Positions 47,436 to 58,126 of a DNA stretch of 64,000 nucleotides are shown here, one piece after another. The stretch comes from a bacterium (GTDB taxonomy: Bacteria; UBA8248; JACPRG01; G963555815): the NCBI GenBank assembly GCA_965218795.1, contig OZ244653.1, forward strand, positions 2,912,001 to 2,976,000, in the 5' to 3' direction. The position numbers and the translations under genes are program-made. Below the pieces are notes generated by a model that was not told the origin of the DNA, made no database searches, and saw only the letters and a program-made list of their open reading frames with translations. Position 1 is the stretch's first letter, and each line of letters starts with the position of its first letter.

Positions 47436-48434
47436 ATGAAACGTTTGTCAAAGGTTGGGGCGATAGCGCTTGCTTTCGTTTCAGCCATCAGTCTGTCCGT
47501 ATCGCAGGGAGTCGCCGCGGACAAGGTGCTCTTTATCTTGGACTGGGCCCACTACGCGGCGCACACGGGCTACTTCAACGCACTCGAAGGCGGGTTTTTC
47601 AATCGGGCGGGCATGGACGTCACCATCCATCGCGGTTACGGATCGGGCGACACCATTAAGAAAATGGCGGCCAAGAAGGCGGATTTCGGATTCGCCGACA
47701 CAGGGACTCTTGTGGTTTCTCGCAACAAAGGCGCGATGGTCAAGAGCCTGGGAGTCCTTCATAATAACGCCCCCCACTCGGTTTATGCGCTGAAGAGCTC
47801 GGGCATCAGCAGCGTCAAAGCCCTCGAGGGGAAAACCTACGGAGATGCCGCGGGCGGTTCGACGGCTGCGCTGTTCCCCGCTCTGGCGACGCTCCACGGC
47901 GTAAAGAAGTGGAACTTCGTCAATTTTGCCCCGGTTGCGAAATATGCCGCCCTTCTCAGCAAATCGGTGGATTTCATCTGTACGTACGCGGATGTCGCCG
48001 AAGGCATGAAGCGCACGGCCGTGAAGAGAAGGGACGAGCTCGTCGAGCTGCGTTGGTCGGACAATGGTCTCCAATTCCACGGCAACGGTATCGTCGCGCA
48101 CGATGACACCATCTCGCAACGGGCCGACCTCACACGGCGTTTCGTCAATGCCGTCTTCAAGGGCGTGGCGAATGCCATTGGAAATCCTCCGATGGCGGTT
48201 CAGAGGTTCCTGAAGAACGCTCCGGCACTGAACCCCGATATCATCAGCAAGGATTGGAAGACCACAATGTCCTTGGCCTATACGCCGGAGACCCGAAAGA
48301 TTGGGGTGGGGCGTCTGAGCGAGAAGAAGATGAATTCAACCATCGACGTAGTGACGAAGTATATGAAGATCCCGAGACGGGCAAAGGTTGAGGAAATTTA
48401 TGCACCTCAGTTCCTGAAAAAGCACCTGCCCTGA
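47436..48434 (+). CDS. ABC substrate-binding protein, NMT1/THI5/SsuA-like
   Basis: Signal peptide, LDW...H.GY, GYGSGDT and ADFGFAD; no cognate permease adjacent. Confidence 0.8.
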   Translation: MKRLSKVGAIALAFVSAISLSVSQGVAADKVLFILDWAHYAAHTGYFNALEGGFFNRAGMDVTIHRGYGSGDTIKKMAAKKADFGFADTGTLVVSRNKGAMVKSLGVLHNNAPHSVYALKSSGISSVKALEGKTYGDAAGGSTAALFPALATLHGVKKWNFVNFAPVAKYAALLSKSVDFICTYADVAEGMKRTAVKRRDELVELRWSDNGLQFHGNGIVAHDDTISQRADLTRRFVNAVFKGVANAIGNPPMAVQRFLKNAPALNPDIISKDWKTTMSLAYTPETRKIGVGRLSEKKMNSTIDVVTKYMKIPRRAKVEEIYAPQFLKKHLP

Positions 48435-48601
48435 CAGGGTGGACATGAACCGGCAAGGCTGGGTGTCCCCTGGCCTTGCCGGTTGTTTTGTGGAATGATA
48501 CGTTTGACTAGTCAGGAGTATCATTCTCTGGGAATTCCCGTGGCACCCGTACCTCGCCTCGAGATCGTCAGGCGCCGCGTAAGTCGATTTCTCCCTCGAG
48601 A

Positions 48602-48682
48602 TGGATTCCCGCTTCCGCGGGAATGACAGATGGGTGAGGCTGCGTAACTCTATTTCGTCATTCCTGCGCAAGCAGGAATCCA
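48602..48682. repeat. Pair of ATTCC-N-GGAAT palindromic REP-like repeats
   Basis: TGGATTCCCGCTTCCGCGGGAATGAC at 48602-48627 and GTCATTCCTGCGCAAGCAGGAATCCA at 48657-48682. Confidence 0.85.
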
Positions 48683-48711
48683 GGAAACATTAGGACGGGC
48701 TGCGAGAGAAA

Positions 48712-48850
48712 GACCTGAACGCGTACCTGAAGCTCTACTAGCTCTACAACACCGAGCGGCCTCATCAGGACTGTCGCAACATGGGCAGGAGACCCATCGT
48801 CACGGTCAGGAAGTTTATCCAACCTGTGAGGAAAGAATCCTAGTCATACA
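48712..48850 (+). mobile_element. IS481-family 3' remnant
   Basis: DLNAYL..YNTERPHQ..NMGRRP, followed by a terminus ending in ACA. Confidence 0.6.
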
Positions 48851-48955
48851 GATAATGAATCCCTCGGCTTTATCGCTTCACTTGGATCATTGGCGTAAAG
48901 GATGGACTGGGATTCGGTTCACTGCGAACTGTTGGAATCCGCGCAGAGGAGGCCG

Positions 48956-49957
48956 ATGATGAATGCGAGCACTGTGAAAGAAGCTCCGTTGAGGGAGGGA
49001 GCCTTGTGGCCGGCTCTGCGGGATTACTGGCATGTGGTCGCCTGGTCGGAAGATATCAAAGAGAATGAAATCTTCCCCTACACGCTCCTCGATGAAGACA
49101 TCGTTGTGTGCCGGCTGGGCGGGGAGTTGGCGGCATTCTCCGATCTCTGTGTGCACCGAGGGACGCCGATGTCCCTTGGAACCATTGAGGGCGACCGGAT
49201 TGTCTGCTGCTATCACGGCTGGGAATATGATGCGGCGGGTCAATGCAAGCGGATTCCGTCCATTCCCGACGATCACCCCATTCCCAGACGGGCGTGCCTG
49301 ACGAAGTATTCGGTCGAGGAACGCTACGGGATGATTTGGGTCTGCATGTCCGACACGCCCCGCCAACCTGTCCCCGAGTGCCCGCTGGCGGAAGACCCGA
49401 GCTATCGGCTCGTTTTCCAAAATCGATGGATTTGGAAGACCGGCGCCGCGCGGGCGACCGAGAATTTTTTCGATCAGGCTCATTTCGTTTTTGTGCATAG
49501 CGGACTTCTGGGCGACAAATCCAAACCGCGGGTATCTCAACCGACCATTGAACGAAACGGCGACATACTTCATTTCTGGGTGGACGTCCCGGCGGACTCA
49601 ACCCACGTTGAGCCCTATGTGCGTCGCTATACGGTCTTCCGCCCTTTCACCATCTACCAGCAGAAGCAGGTTCCGGGGGAACGAAACGAGGTCTATCTCA
49701 ACTACTCCTCACCTAACTCAGCCAGGCATACGACCCGGTTTCTGAAGATTTTGCGCAATTATGATCCCCCGCCAGAAGAAGCCACGGGGGTCGAGCACGT
49801 GACGGAGTTGGTGGTGGAGCAGGACAGGGTCATCGTCGAGCGGCAGCGGCCCGAGGAGCTTCCATTGGACCTGTCCGAGGAATTGCACGTGAAGGCGCCC
49901 GACGCTATTGCCGTGGCGTACCGCCGATTCATGGGCGAGTTGGGCGTGGAATGCTGA
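48956..49957 (+). CDS. Rieske non-heme iron oxygenase alpha subunit (demethylase class)
   Basis: CVHRG/CYHGW Rieske motif; ENFFDQAHFVFVH and distal QD iron ligands. Confidence 0.88.
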   Translation: MMNASTVKEAPLREGALWPALRDYWHVVAWSEDIKENEIFPYTLLDEDIVVCRLGGELAAFSDLCVHRGTPMSLGTIEGDRIVCCYHGWEYDAAGQCKRIPSIPDDHPIPRRACLTKYSVEERYGMIWVCMSDTPRQPVPECPLAEDPSYRLVFQNRWIWKTGAARATENFFDQAHFVFVHSGLLGDKSKPRVSQPTIERNGDILHFWVDVPADSTHVEPYVRRYTVFRPFTIYQQKQVPGERNEVYLNYSSPNSARHTTRFLKILRNYDPPPEEATGVEHVTELVVEQDRVIVERQRPEELPLDLSEELHVKAPDAIAVAYRRFMGELGVEC

Positions 49958-50033
49958 CCCCTGTTTTCAAGGGATTGCGTCAGGAATCTGAAAACAATGA
50001 ATCAGACGGATCAAGCTTGGAAAAGAACATGGC

Positions 50034-51047
50034 ATGGCTGAGGGTGCGGTGAGGTTGACGGCTCCAACCCCCTTCAGAGAGGGCGACCTATCGTCCGTGT
50101 TGAGGGAATACTGGCATCCCGTTGCCTGGACTGAGGAGGTGCGGGACGATGAGATTTTCGCCTTTACCCTTCTGGATGAAGATATTGTCGTCTGCCGGGT
50201 GGGAGGCGAGCTCGTTTCCTTCTCCGACCTTTGTGTTCATCGGGGAACCCCGATGTCGCTGGGAACCATTGAAGGGAACCGCATCGTGTGCTGCTATCAC
50301 GGCTGGGAATATGACGCCGCGGGCAAATGCACCCGGATCCCTTCCATTCCGGACGATCACCCGATCCCCAAACGGGCCTGCCTGACGCGGTACCAGGCGG
50401 CGGAGAGGTACGGGTTGGTTTGGGTTTGCATGTCGGATTCGCCGAGGGCGCCGATTCCCGAGTGTCCCCTCTTCGAGGGTCCGGCCTATGGGCAGGTATT
50501 CCGGAATCGTTGGATCTGGTATTGCGGCGCGGCCCGCGGAACTGAGAACTTTTTTGATCAGGCCCATTTCGCTTTTGTTCACGCCGGCATTCTCGGAACA
50601 CCGAGCAATCCGGGCGTCGAGGACGCCGTCGTCAGTCGGGAAGATGAAATCCTCTATGCCAAAGTCAACGTCCCCGCCGACAAGACGCACGCCGTTTCCT
50701 ATGTCCGGGACTACACCGTCTTTCGTCCGTTTTGCATCTACCAGCTCAAGCGCGAAACGGATGATCGGATCGAGGCGTACATGAACGTCTGTACGCCGAA
50801 CTCAGCGTCGAAAACGACGCGGTTCATGATGATCGTCCGGAACTTCGACCCCGAAGAAGGGGAGGAAGACACCCTGTCCATAGAAAATTTCAGCAATCTG
50901 GTCACGTTTCAGGACCAGGAAATCGTTGAGCGCCAGCGACCGGAAGAGTTGCCTCTTGACCTTTCCGAGGAGCTTCATCTCAAGGGGCCGGACGCGATCG
51001 CCGTCGCCTATCGAAGATTCATGAAAGATCTCGGCGTCGAGTGTTGA
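50034..51047 (+). CDS. Rieske non-heme iron oxygenase alpha subunit, tandem paralogue
   Basis: Same motifs as 48956-49957; divergent in the substrate-pocket half. Confidence 0.88.
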   Translation: MAEGAVRLTAPTPFREGDLSSVLREYWHPVAWTEEVRDDEIFAFTLLDEDIVVCRVGGELVSFSDLCVHRGTPMSLGTIEGNRIVCCYHGWEYDAAGKCTRIPSIPDDHPIPKRACLTRYQAAERYGLVWVCMSDSPRAPIPECPLFEGPAYGQVFRNRWIWYCGAARGTENFFDQAHFAFVHAGILGTPSNPGVEDAVVSREDEILYAKVNVPADKTHAVSYVRDYTVFRPFCIYQLKRETDDRIEAYMNVCTPNSASKTTRFMMIVRNFDPEEGEEDTLSIENFSNLVTFQDQEIVERQRPEELPLDLSEELHLKGPDAIAVAYRRFMKDLGVEC

Positions 51048-51099
51048 CTCAACTCGGCTTTCAAAATCAATGGGTAAACGTGATTCCAATGGAGCGGCA

Positions 51100-52395
51100 A
51101 TGAAAACGAAAGATTCCGTTCTGCAAAAGGTCTGGTCGAAAGTCGACGAGAAGGAGTTGGTCGAGCTGGCAATGGACTTGGTCAGTACGCCAAGCACGAC
51201 GGGAAGCGAAGAGGCCGCGGCGCGGCTTCTGGTCGATTGGCTGAACGAACGGGATATCCCCGCCTCTTATCAGGAAGTGGAACCCGGGCGCGGAAACGTG
51301 ATCGGCAATCTGAAGGGTTCGGGTAACGGTCCCATCCTCATGTTCAACGGCCATCTGGACACGGCCTTGTCCGGCGACCCGCAAGACGTTCTTTTTGCCG
51401 GCCGAATCCGGCCTGAGTGGAAGGCACAGGCCCGGAAGGTCAGAAACCTGATCTACGGTAGCGGAATCGTGAATGACAAAGGGCCCCTGTGCTGTACACT
51501 TGCCGCCGCCGTTGCCATCAAGCGCTCGCGAGTCAAGGTCAAGGGGGATATCGTCCTGACGGGCGTATGCAGCGAGATCGGACGGGCCCCCATCGATCAG
51601 TATCAGGGAGCTCCGTACCGCGGGAAGGGCGTCGGGATGCGGTACATGCTGACGCACGGCATCGTGGCCGACTACGCCATCGTCTGCGAGCCTTCCCGTT
51701 TCGGTATCACGTGGACCCAGGCCGGTGCGACATTCGTCAAGATCACCGTTTGGGGTGAGCCGATGTACGCCCCGTACGTCCAGCACGTCAAAGATTTCAA
51801 GGCCAGCAAGAACGCCATCGTCAAGGCCAGTACGCTGATTGAGCCGCTGGAGGATTGGGCGCTGGAATACGAGAAGAAGTATCGCTACAAGTTCGACGCC
51901 GGCGAGGTCGTTCCCAAGGTAAATATCGGCGCCATCATGGGCGGGGCGCCCTTCAAGCCGAACTTCTCACCCGGTGTCTGCAACCTCTACGTGGAGGCGT
52001 TCACCGCGCCCGGAACCCGGCCCATCGATATCCTGCGGGAAGTCGAGGCCGTTATCCAAAAGACGGGGGTCGAGGCTGAGGTCGAGCTGTATCTTTCCGT
52101 CCAGGGCTACGAGTCCATGAACGCCAAGCCGCTGGCGAAGACCATGGGCGATGCCTACACGGCGGTCCGGAAGAAGATCCCGAAGGAAATCGAGCCGGCC
52201 TTGAGCAGCACGTATGCCGATCTCAACGTTTTGGTGGAAATGGGCATTCCGGCCGTCAAATGCGGTCCGGCCCCTGAAGACCCGAGACTGAAACCGGCAA
52301 CCGGCGAGGTCCAGAAGGTCGAAGACCTCGTCGATGCGACAAAGATGTACGTCGCCGCCGCCTTGGAAATCTGTAATACCTTTCCGAGGACCTGA
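51100..52395 (+). CDS. M20 family metallohydrolase (ArgE/DapE-like)
   Basis: FNGHLDT, GIVNDKG and CEP motifs, dimerisation domain. Confidence 0.8.
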   Translation: MKTKDSVLQKVWSKVDEKELVELAMDLVSTPSTTGSEEAAARLLVDWLNERDIPASYQEVEPGRGNVIGNLKGSGNGPILMFNGHLDTALSGDPQDVLFAGRIRPEWKAQARKVRNLIYGSGIVNDKGPLCCTLAAAVAIKRSRVKVKGDIVLTGVCSEIGRAPIDQYQGAPYRGKGVGMRYMLTHGIVADYAIVCEPSRFGITWTQAGATFVKITVWGEPMYAPYVQHVKDFKASKNAIVKASTLIEPLEDWALEYEKKYRYKFDAGEVVPKVNIGAIMGGAPFKPNFSPGVCNLYVEAFTAPGTRPIDILREVEAVIQKTGVEAEVELYLSVQGYESMNAKPLAKTMGDAYTAVRKKIPKEIEPALSSTYADLNVLVEMGIPAVKCGPAPEDPRLKPATGEVQKVEDLVDATKMYVAAALEICNTFPRT

Positions 52396-52584
52396 GCCGT
52401 ATCAGGAGCCTCGGGCCGACCGCTTCCGCTGCTTGGTCATATCCAAGACGACCGCTGATGGGTGGGAGAGCGTCCATCATTGCCGACGCAGGGCGCCCCG
52501 CGTATATTAGCTGTTGAAATTTCAAGAAGTTTTGCGATTTTCGGTGGATTGAATGCCCGTCCGTGGATACGGGGTTGGTAGACT

Positions 52585-54312
52585 ATGGCAAGAAAAACCT
52601 CTGCGCCTCTTTCCTCACGAGACATCCTCAAACGCGAATCCTGTCCGTTCGGTACCATTTTCGATGCCTCCCGCGCGGGCTATCGCGTTGCGCTCGTATA
52701 CGCGAATACCTATCACGTTGGCATGTCAAACCTGGGGTTTCTTCAGATTTACCGTTTGCTGAACGCCATGGAAGGCGTCGTCTGCGAGCGAGCGTTCATC
52801 CCCCAATCTCTCGGCAAAGGGGTCCGGACCCTGGAGACGGATTCCCCACTCGGTCATTTCGATCTGGTGGCTTTTTCCTGCCCCTATGAGACGGACTATC
52901 CGGGGCTTCTGTGGATCCTGGAAGAGTCGGGCATTCCGCTTTACCCGGACGACCGTTTGGAAAATCATCCGCTGATCCTCGTCGGCGGGATCTGTCCATC
53001 CTACAACCCCGAACCACTTTCGAGTTTTGTGGACGCAGCCGTCTTTGGCGAGGCCGAAGAGGTGCTCCCGGAGATCATGGAGATCCTCATCGATGGGAAC
53101 GGCCAAGGGCGGGAGCGCGTCCTTTCCGACCTGGCCCGACTTGAGGGCATCTATGTCCCTTCGGGCTATGAATCGGTTCCCGTGGAAGAGTCCGAATTGG
53201 AGGCCCTTCGGCCATTGCCCGGTTTTCCAGAAAAGGTGAAAAAGCGGTCGGTTCGGGACCTGGAGCACTGTCGCGCCCTGTCTTGGATCATGACGGAGGA
53301 CACCGAGTTCGGCAAACTCTTCCTCATCGAGATCGGACGGAGCTGCGGATGGGGCTGTCGGTTTTGCGCGGCCGATTTCACCTTTCGACCGTTGCGCAAC
53401 CGCCCGCGCGCTTCCCTTCGGGAGGATATCCGCATCGGACTGCGGCACCGGAAACAGGTAGGGCTGGTGGGCACGATGGTGTCCAACCATCCGGAGTTGA
53501 CGGGTATCTGTCGCGATATTGTTGAAATGGGCGGACGGGTGTCGCCCGCCTCCCTCCGCATCGATGCCCTGGACGATGATCTCCTCGACGTGTTGGTGGA
53601 CAGCGGCGAGCGTTCCCTTACGCTCGCGCCGGAAGCCGGGACGGAACGCATGCGTTCGGCCGTAAGAAAGGAGCTTTCCGACGAGTTGATTTTCCATCAG
53701 GTGGAACGGGTTTTCCGTCGCGGAATTGTGAGCTTGAAGCTCTATTACCTGATAGGTCTGCCGGGAGAGAACGACGAAGACGTCGCCGCTATCGCCCGGA
53801 TGGCCAAGCGCATCAAGCACATCATGCTGAAGGTCGGACGCGACAGGAAACGCCTCGGCACGTTGACCTTGAGCGTAAACCCTTTCATTCCCAAGCCCCA
53901 TACCCCCATGCAGTGGGAGGGGATGACACCGCTCAAAGAGGTCAAGCGGCGGCTGAAGCTCTTGGCGGGACTGCTTCGGGCCGAGCCCAACATCCGGCTG
54001 AACCATGAGGTGCCGAAGTGGTCGTATGTGCAGACGCTGCTGTCGCGCGGTGACCGCCGGGTCGGCAATCTCCTGGAACGGGTCCATCGACTGAACGGGG
54101 ATTGGCAGGCGGCCTTCCGGGACTCTCCCATCAACCCCGACTTCTATGTGACCCGTAAGTGGAAGTACGAAGAGCCCCTGCCATGGGACGTCGTCCATCA
54201 AGGCCTCCCGAAGGATTTTATGGTCCGTGAGAGCCGGCGGTATTGGGAAGCCGTCGAGAACCCGACGCCCATCAAGACGAAAAAGAAGTGGATTTCGTTG
54301 ATCCCTGCATGA
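52585..54312 (+). CDS. Radical SAM protein (TIGR03960-like)
   Basis: YHVGMSNLG, CGWGCRFC, LAPEAGTERMR, FIPKPHTP. Confidence 0.85.
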   Translation: MARKTSAPLSSRDILKRESCPFGTIFDASRAGYRVALVYANTYHVGMSNLGFLQIYRLLNAMEGVVCERAFIPQSLGKGVRTLETDSPLGHFDLVAFSCPYETDYPGLLWILEESGIPLYPDDRLENHPLILVGGICPSYNPEPLSSFVDAAVFGEAEEVLPEIMEILIDGNGQGRERVLSDLARLEGIYVPSGYESVPVEESELEALRPLPGFPEKVKKRSVRDLEHCRALSWIMTEDTEFGKLFLIEIGRSCGWGCRFCAADFTFRPLRNRPRASLREDIRIGLRHRKQVGLVGTMVSNHPELTGICRDIVEMGGRVSPASLRIDALDDDLLDVLVDSGERSLTLAPEAGTERMRSAVRKELSDELIFHQVERVFRRGIVSLKLYYLIGLPGENDEDVAAIARMAKRIKHIMLKVGRDRKRLGTLTLSVNPFIPKPHTPMQWEGMTPLKEVKRRLKLLAGLLRAEPNIRLNHEVPKWSYVQTLLSRGDRRVGNLLERVHRLNGDWQAAFRDSPINPDFYVTRKWKYEEPLPWDVVHQGLPKDFMVRESRRYWEAVENPTPIKTKKKWISLIPA

Positions 54313-54435
54313 GGGCAAGAGTTTTTCGGGGGCAGGCGCGGCCTGCTCCGGTTTCGCCGAGCGCAAGACTTTCCTAACGTTCGATCTCCTCATCCAGCCC
54401 GGCTAGCGTGTTCCCCTCAGAGAGGATGTTGGGTC

Positions 54436-55209
54436 GTGACCTTTGAACGGGTCGAAGAGAACGGAATCGTCTATGACCGCGTCGTGATCGACGGGTTCCG
54501 GTGCGCCTTCAGCACCCGGATCGGCGGGGTCAGTCGGGGGGTCTGCGAGTCCCTGAACCTCGGTTTGACGAAGAAGGATACGCACGAGAACGTGGATCGC
54601 AATCGAGCCAAATTCGCGGAGACGGTCGGGTTCCAAAAGCCGAAGCTGCTTCGCCAGGTCCACGGAAGTCAAGTCATCGATATCCCCGCAGAGGAATCGG
54701 AGGGGATTCAGGAAGCGGACGCATTGGTCACCGGGACTGCGGGCCGGGCCTTGGGCGTATTGACGGCGGATTGCGTTCCCGTCGCGCTCTGGGACATGCG
54801 TGCCCGTTGCGTCGGCATTGCCCATGCGGGCCGATTGGGGACGGTTCGGGGCGTCGTGACGGCTACGTTGGAGAAAATGGTCGTCTGTTACGGCGCGGAG
54901 GCATCCGGCGTCATGGCCTTCATTGGGCCGAGCATCGGCCCGGACGCTTACGAAGTTGGCGAAAATGCGATGAAGGAGGTCCGAGCCGGATTTCCGAAAT
55001 GGCGGGACTTCACGGTCTCCCTGGGTGGGGGCAAATCCCTTTTGGATCTCTGGGGAATGAACCGGGCCTCCCTGGAAGAGGCGGGGGTCCCATCGGACCG
55101 AATTTTTACAGCGGGGTATTGCACGCAGAGCAATGCCAGGGAATTTTTCTCATACCGCCGGGAAGGCCCGGGCGTCGGTCGAATGATGAACGTCGTTTGG
55201 ATGGAGTAG
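54436..55209 (+). CDS. pgeF: PgeF/YfiH family protein (peptidoglycan editing factor / nucleoside phosphorylase)
   Basis: QVHG, TADCVP, AHAG, IGPSIG, FFSYRR. Confidence 0.88.
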   Translation: MTFERVEENGIVYDRVVIDGFRCAFSTRIGGVSRGVCESLNLGLTKKDTHENVDRNRAKFAETVGFQKPKLLRQVHGSQVIDIPAEESEGIQEADALVTGTAGRALGVLTADCVPVALWDMRARCVGIAHAGRLGTVRGVVTATLEKMVVCYGAEASGVMAFIGPSIGPDAYEVGENAMKEVRAGFPKWRDFTVSLGGGKSLLDLWGMNRASLEEAGVPSDRIFTAGYCTQSNAREFFSYRREGPGVGRMMNVVWME

Positions 55210-55219
55210 AGGAGGACGG

Positions 55220-56044
55220 TTACACGACGTTGGACTTGTCGTCCCGTTCGGCCACGGAATTGCGCTTGGCCGCGCGGCGGGCCCCTTCCACGGAGCCGAG
55301 GCCGGTCAGTCCGGTTTTCTTCAGCAATGCGCGGGCCTCTTTCGTATCCGGGATCCCCTTGACCCGGAACCATTCCTTCCCGTCCCGGAAGATCACGTAA
55401 AATCCCTTGACGGCCGCCTCTCCGAACCAGGCCCCTGCGCCGGACCGCAGGGCGTCTCTCAGGCCCAGGATGCCGATACCCTGCCGTTTCCGGTTGAGCG
55501 GGATCCGTCCTGGATCGCTGAAATCCCCATCCAGTTCCTCCGGGTTCAAGCCGAGGTGATCGGCCAGGGGGGAACCGGGAAGCCGGTACGTCCGCGTGCA
55601 GTCGCAGGCCTCGCACTCCATCGTGCACATCTTTCGTCTGCGGGCGTCCTTGACCTCGAGTGCATCAAAATAGTCTTCCAGGTAAGGGAACTCCATCTGC
55701 ATGGGCTCCAGACCGGACTCCAGGCAATAGCAGACCTCGATGAAGTGGACCCGCTCCTCCTCGTCGATAGTGGCCTTCCGGAGGCCCGCCATCATTCCGC
55801 TGTGGAAAATTGTGCCTTCAGCGACCGATCCGTTGCGCACGTTTTCTTTGAGGGTTTTCTTTTTCCCCGGCCGGACTTTTCCGCTGATGTGGTAACGCAC
55901 GGAATTTGCCCCCCCCCAATGGCTCTTTTCCATAGTGTATCTCATCTGACGGCGCTCAAGGGATTTCGCGGACGCGCTTTGGAGAAGAGAGATGAAGTTC
56001 CTTCTATCACGCCGTCTTTGGGGGTTGACCCTTACTTTTGACAT
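55220..56044 (-). CDS. Hypothetical Cys-rich protein (start uncertain)
   Basis: EVCYC and CTMECEACDC motifs. Confidence 0.55.
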   Translation of the reverse strand: MSKVRVNPQRRRDRRNFISLLQSASAKSLERRQMRYTMEKSHWGGANSVRYHISGKVRPGKKKTLKENVRNGSVAEGTIFHSGMMAGLRKATIDEEERVHFIEVCYCLESGLEPMQMEFPYLEDYFDALEVKDARRRKMCTMECEACDCTRTYRLPGSPLADHLGLNPEELDGDFSDPGRIPLNRKRQGIGILGLRDALRSGAGAWFGEAAVKGFYVIFRDGKEWFRVKGIPDTKEARALLKKTGLTGLGSVEGARRAAKRNSVAERDDKSNVV

Positions 56045-56614
56045 TGTCGGCCTGTGTACCCGCGGCGGAGGAAGCGAATCATCGGTTGGCGCGTTACCCG
56101 GCTCGGCTGTCGCTGGTCCACGATCTCTCCGCCGACGTTCGGGAGCGGCTCAACCGGAAGATTCCTCAGAATCGCGCCTTGGTCATTCATGTTTCTGAAA
56201 CGCGGATACTCAGGGAGGACCCCCTCTGGGATGAGCGGAAGTTCTCACTGGCCGCTTGGACGAAGCTGCACGAAGTTTTCAAATCGACGGGGCTTTTCCG
56301 TGAAGTCAGGAGAGGGAAACCGGCGGATCTGTTATTCGAGACCGTTGTGATCAACGCAGCCCCGGCTGAGGGAATGAGCGGTTCGTTGCTGAAAGTGAAA
56401 GGCCGCTTGTGGAGAGACAGAAATAATCGTGAATGGGACCAGGTGGGGCAGGATACCTAGAATCAAGAGGTCAGGAGGCATTCGGGCGTCCACCGCCGAA
56501 AAATAGATCATTGTGAAATTTTCGGAAAAAACAGGGAAAGCAGTCCGTACACCGTAAATTCCAGGCGCTTTCAGGGTGCGTTTTGAGGAGGGAAATCGGA
56601 CCTGCCTGCCACTT

Positions 56615-56682
56615 GTCATTCCCGCGTAGGCGGGAATCCAGGATACAGGGGCCTGCCCCTGCCTGTGCAGAAGGCAGACAGG
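56615..56682. repeat. REP-like palindromes
   Basis: GTCATTCCCGCGTAGGCGGGAATCCA, then CCTGCCTGTGCAGAAGGCAGACAGG (related copy near 57834). Confidence 0.8.
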
Positions 56683-56694
56683 CAAGCGGAGCTA

Positions 56695-57067
56695 TTAGCG
56701 ATAGATGCGGAAATACGTGAGACCCTCAATGGGTACATCATTAAGTTGATAACGACCGAAACTCCAATCTTCTTCATGCTCCATAACTACATGCCAGAGG
56801 ATCAAGCCAAAGAATTTCGCTGAAGCATCTGGATCACGGTTGCAAGGCATCTTCGTATATTGACTGAAACACGGTGCCTGTCCAATTTTTCCCTGGTATC
56901 CAACTCGATGTTTGGATTTGTGATCCGGATATACGCGAGCGCAACTCATCGTAAATTGCCTGGTAGTCATCGTTGCTTATTCTTGACCGCCAGCGTTCAT
57001 AGTCTGCGCAATGAGAAATCTGAGCAATTGGTAGGTTACTATCGACTCTATCGACTGAGTAGAGCAT
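56695..57067 (-). pseudogene. Hypothetical protein split by a one-base frameshift
   Basis: ...VFQSIYEDA joins CNRDPDASAKFFGL... if one base near 56845 is removed. Confidence 0.6.
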
Positions 57068-57148
57068 AGGTTTTTCCCCTCTATCTGTTCGACACATCCC
57101 TGTCCAGCGTGCCACACACCACCGCCGGTGCGGCCTCCCCGCTTAGGG

Positions 57149-57535
57149 CTACTTGAATCGACCATCGTTCAGCCGCCAGTAGGCATCCGTCCCCTTGAGC
57201 GGGGAATCCGCTCCTATATGATCCCACGGCGTTTTGCCCTTTTTATCCTTTACCGCGGGAGCCGCCCCGGCATCCAGCAGGGCGCTCAGGACCGCCGGGG
57301 TTTTGCTGAGCAACACCGCTATGTGCAGGGGTGTCGATCCGTCTTCATCCCGCGCGTTCACTTTGGCCCCGACCTTCAGGCAGCGGGAGATGTCCGCCAC
57401 GCCGGCACGCTGGAAGAACACCTCCGTGTTCCAGTCCTCGCATGAGACCCGCGCCGCCAACGCCGGGGTGGCGCTCATCCACGCGGCGAGCCACAGGCAA
57501 AGCGCGGCGAAGTACGGCCTGACAAGTAAAATCAT
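57149..57535 (-). CDS. Secreted ankyrin-repeat protein
   Basis: Signal peptide, CEDWNT..FF cap, GSTPLHIA...LLDAGA and GKTPWD. Confidence 0.85.
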   Translation of the reverse strand: MILLVRPYFAALCLWLAAWMSATPALAARVSCEDWNTEVFFQRAGVADISRCLKVGAKVNARDEDGSTPLHIAVLLSKTPAVLSALLDAGAAPAVKDKKGKTPWDHIGADSPLKGTDAYWRLNDGRFK

Positions 57536-57704
57536 CTTCTCCCCCGCCTTGCGCTACAGTCCGCGGATGCGGAAAACTTCCGGGAAAATCCGGCCCCCTG
57601 CGCGAGCTCCCATGAAATCACTGTAGCGGATCAAAATGATTTGCAAAGAGTCCGGAAACGGGCGTGCATGGACTCCTTTCAGATTAGCACCGATTCGGCT
57701 TGTC

Positions 57705-57980
57705 TGGATTCCTGCTTCCGCAGGAATGACAGACTAAGGCTGCGGCGGGAATCCATATCCATTGCTCAGGGGCAGGCGGGGTCCATTTTTGGGATTCCCG
57801 CCCCCGATTGAAGCAGTCGAGGGCATGCTTGCGCCTGCCTGTGCGGCGTACGCAGACAGGCCTGTCCCCTTATGCTCGCGATTTTTCCCTGATCGCATTC
57901 ACAATGATACTTGATCCACTGCACCCTCACCCGACCTTCGGCCACCCTCTCCCTCTGGGAGAGGGATGGGGTGAGGGTCC
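57705..57980. repeat. Cluster of REP-like palindromes
   Basis: TGGATTCCTGCTTCCGCAGGAATGAC, CCTGCCTGTGCGGCGTACGCAGACAGG and CCCTCACCC...CCCTCTCCC.CTGGGAGAGGG...GGGTGAGGG. Confidence 0.8.
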
Positions 57981-58126
57981 GACGTCCCGCTCCAGTTGCG
58001 GGTTGATCCGGGGGAGGTCTCGACGATTCCAGGCCGCGTTGCCGACGCCCTGACGCGGTTCGTGGTCAGGGTGGTTCGGTAGAGATTAGGCGAACGATGC
58101 CCTGGGAGAGGTCTTTCCCGGCTTCT

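Noticed and set aside
56038-56460. 140-aa ORF, possible lipoprotein remnant
   Set aside because: Overlaps a neighbouring ORF start, has no clear RBS or signal peptide, and no family recognised.
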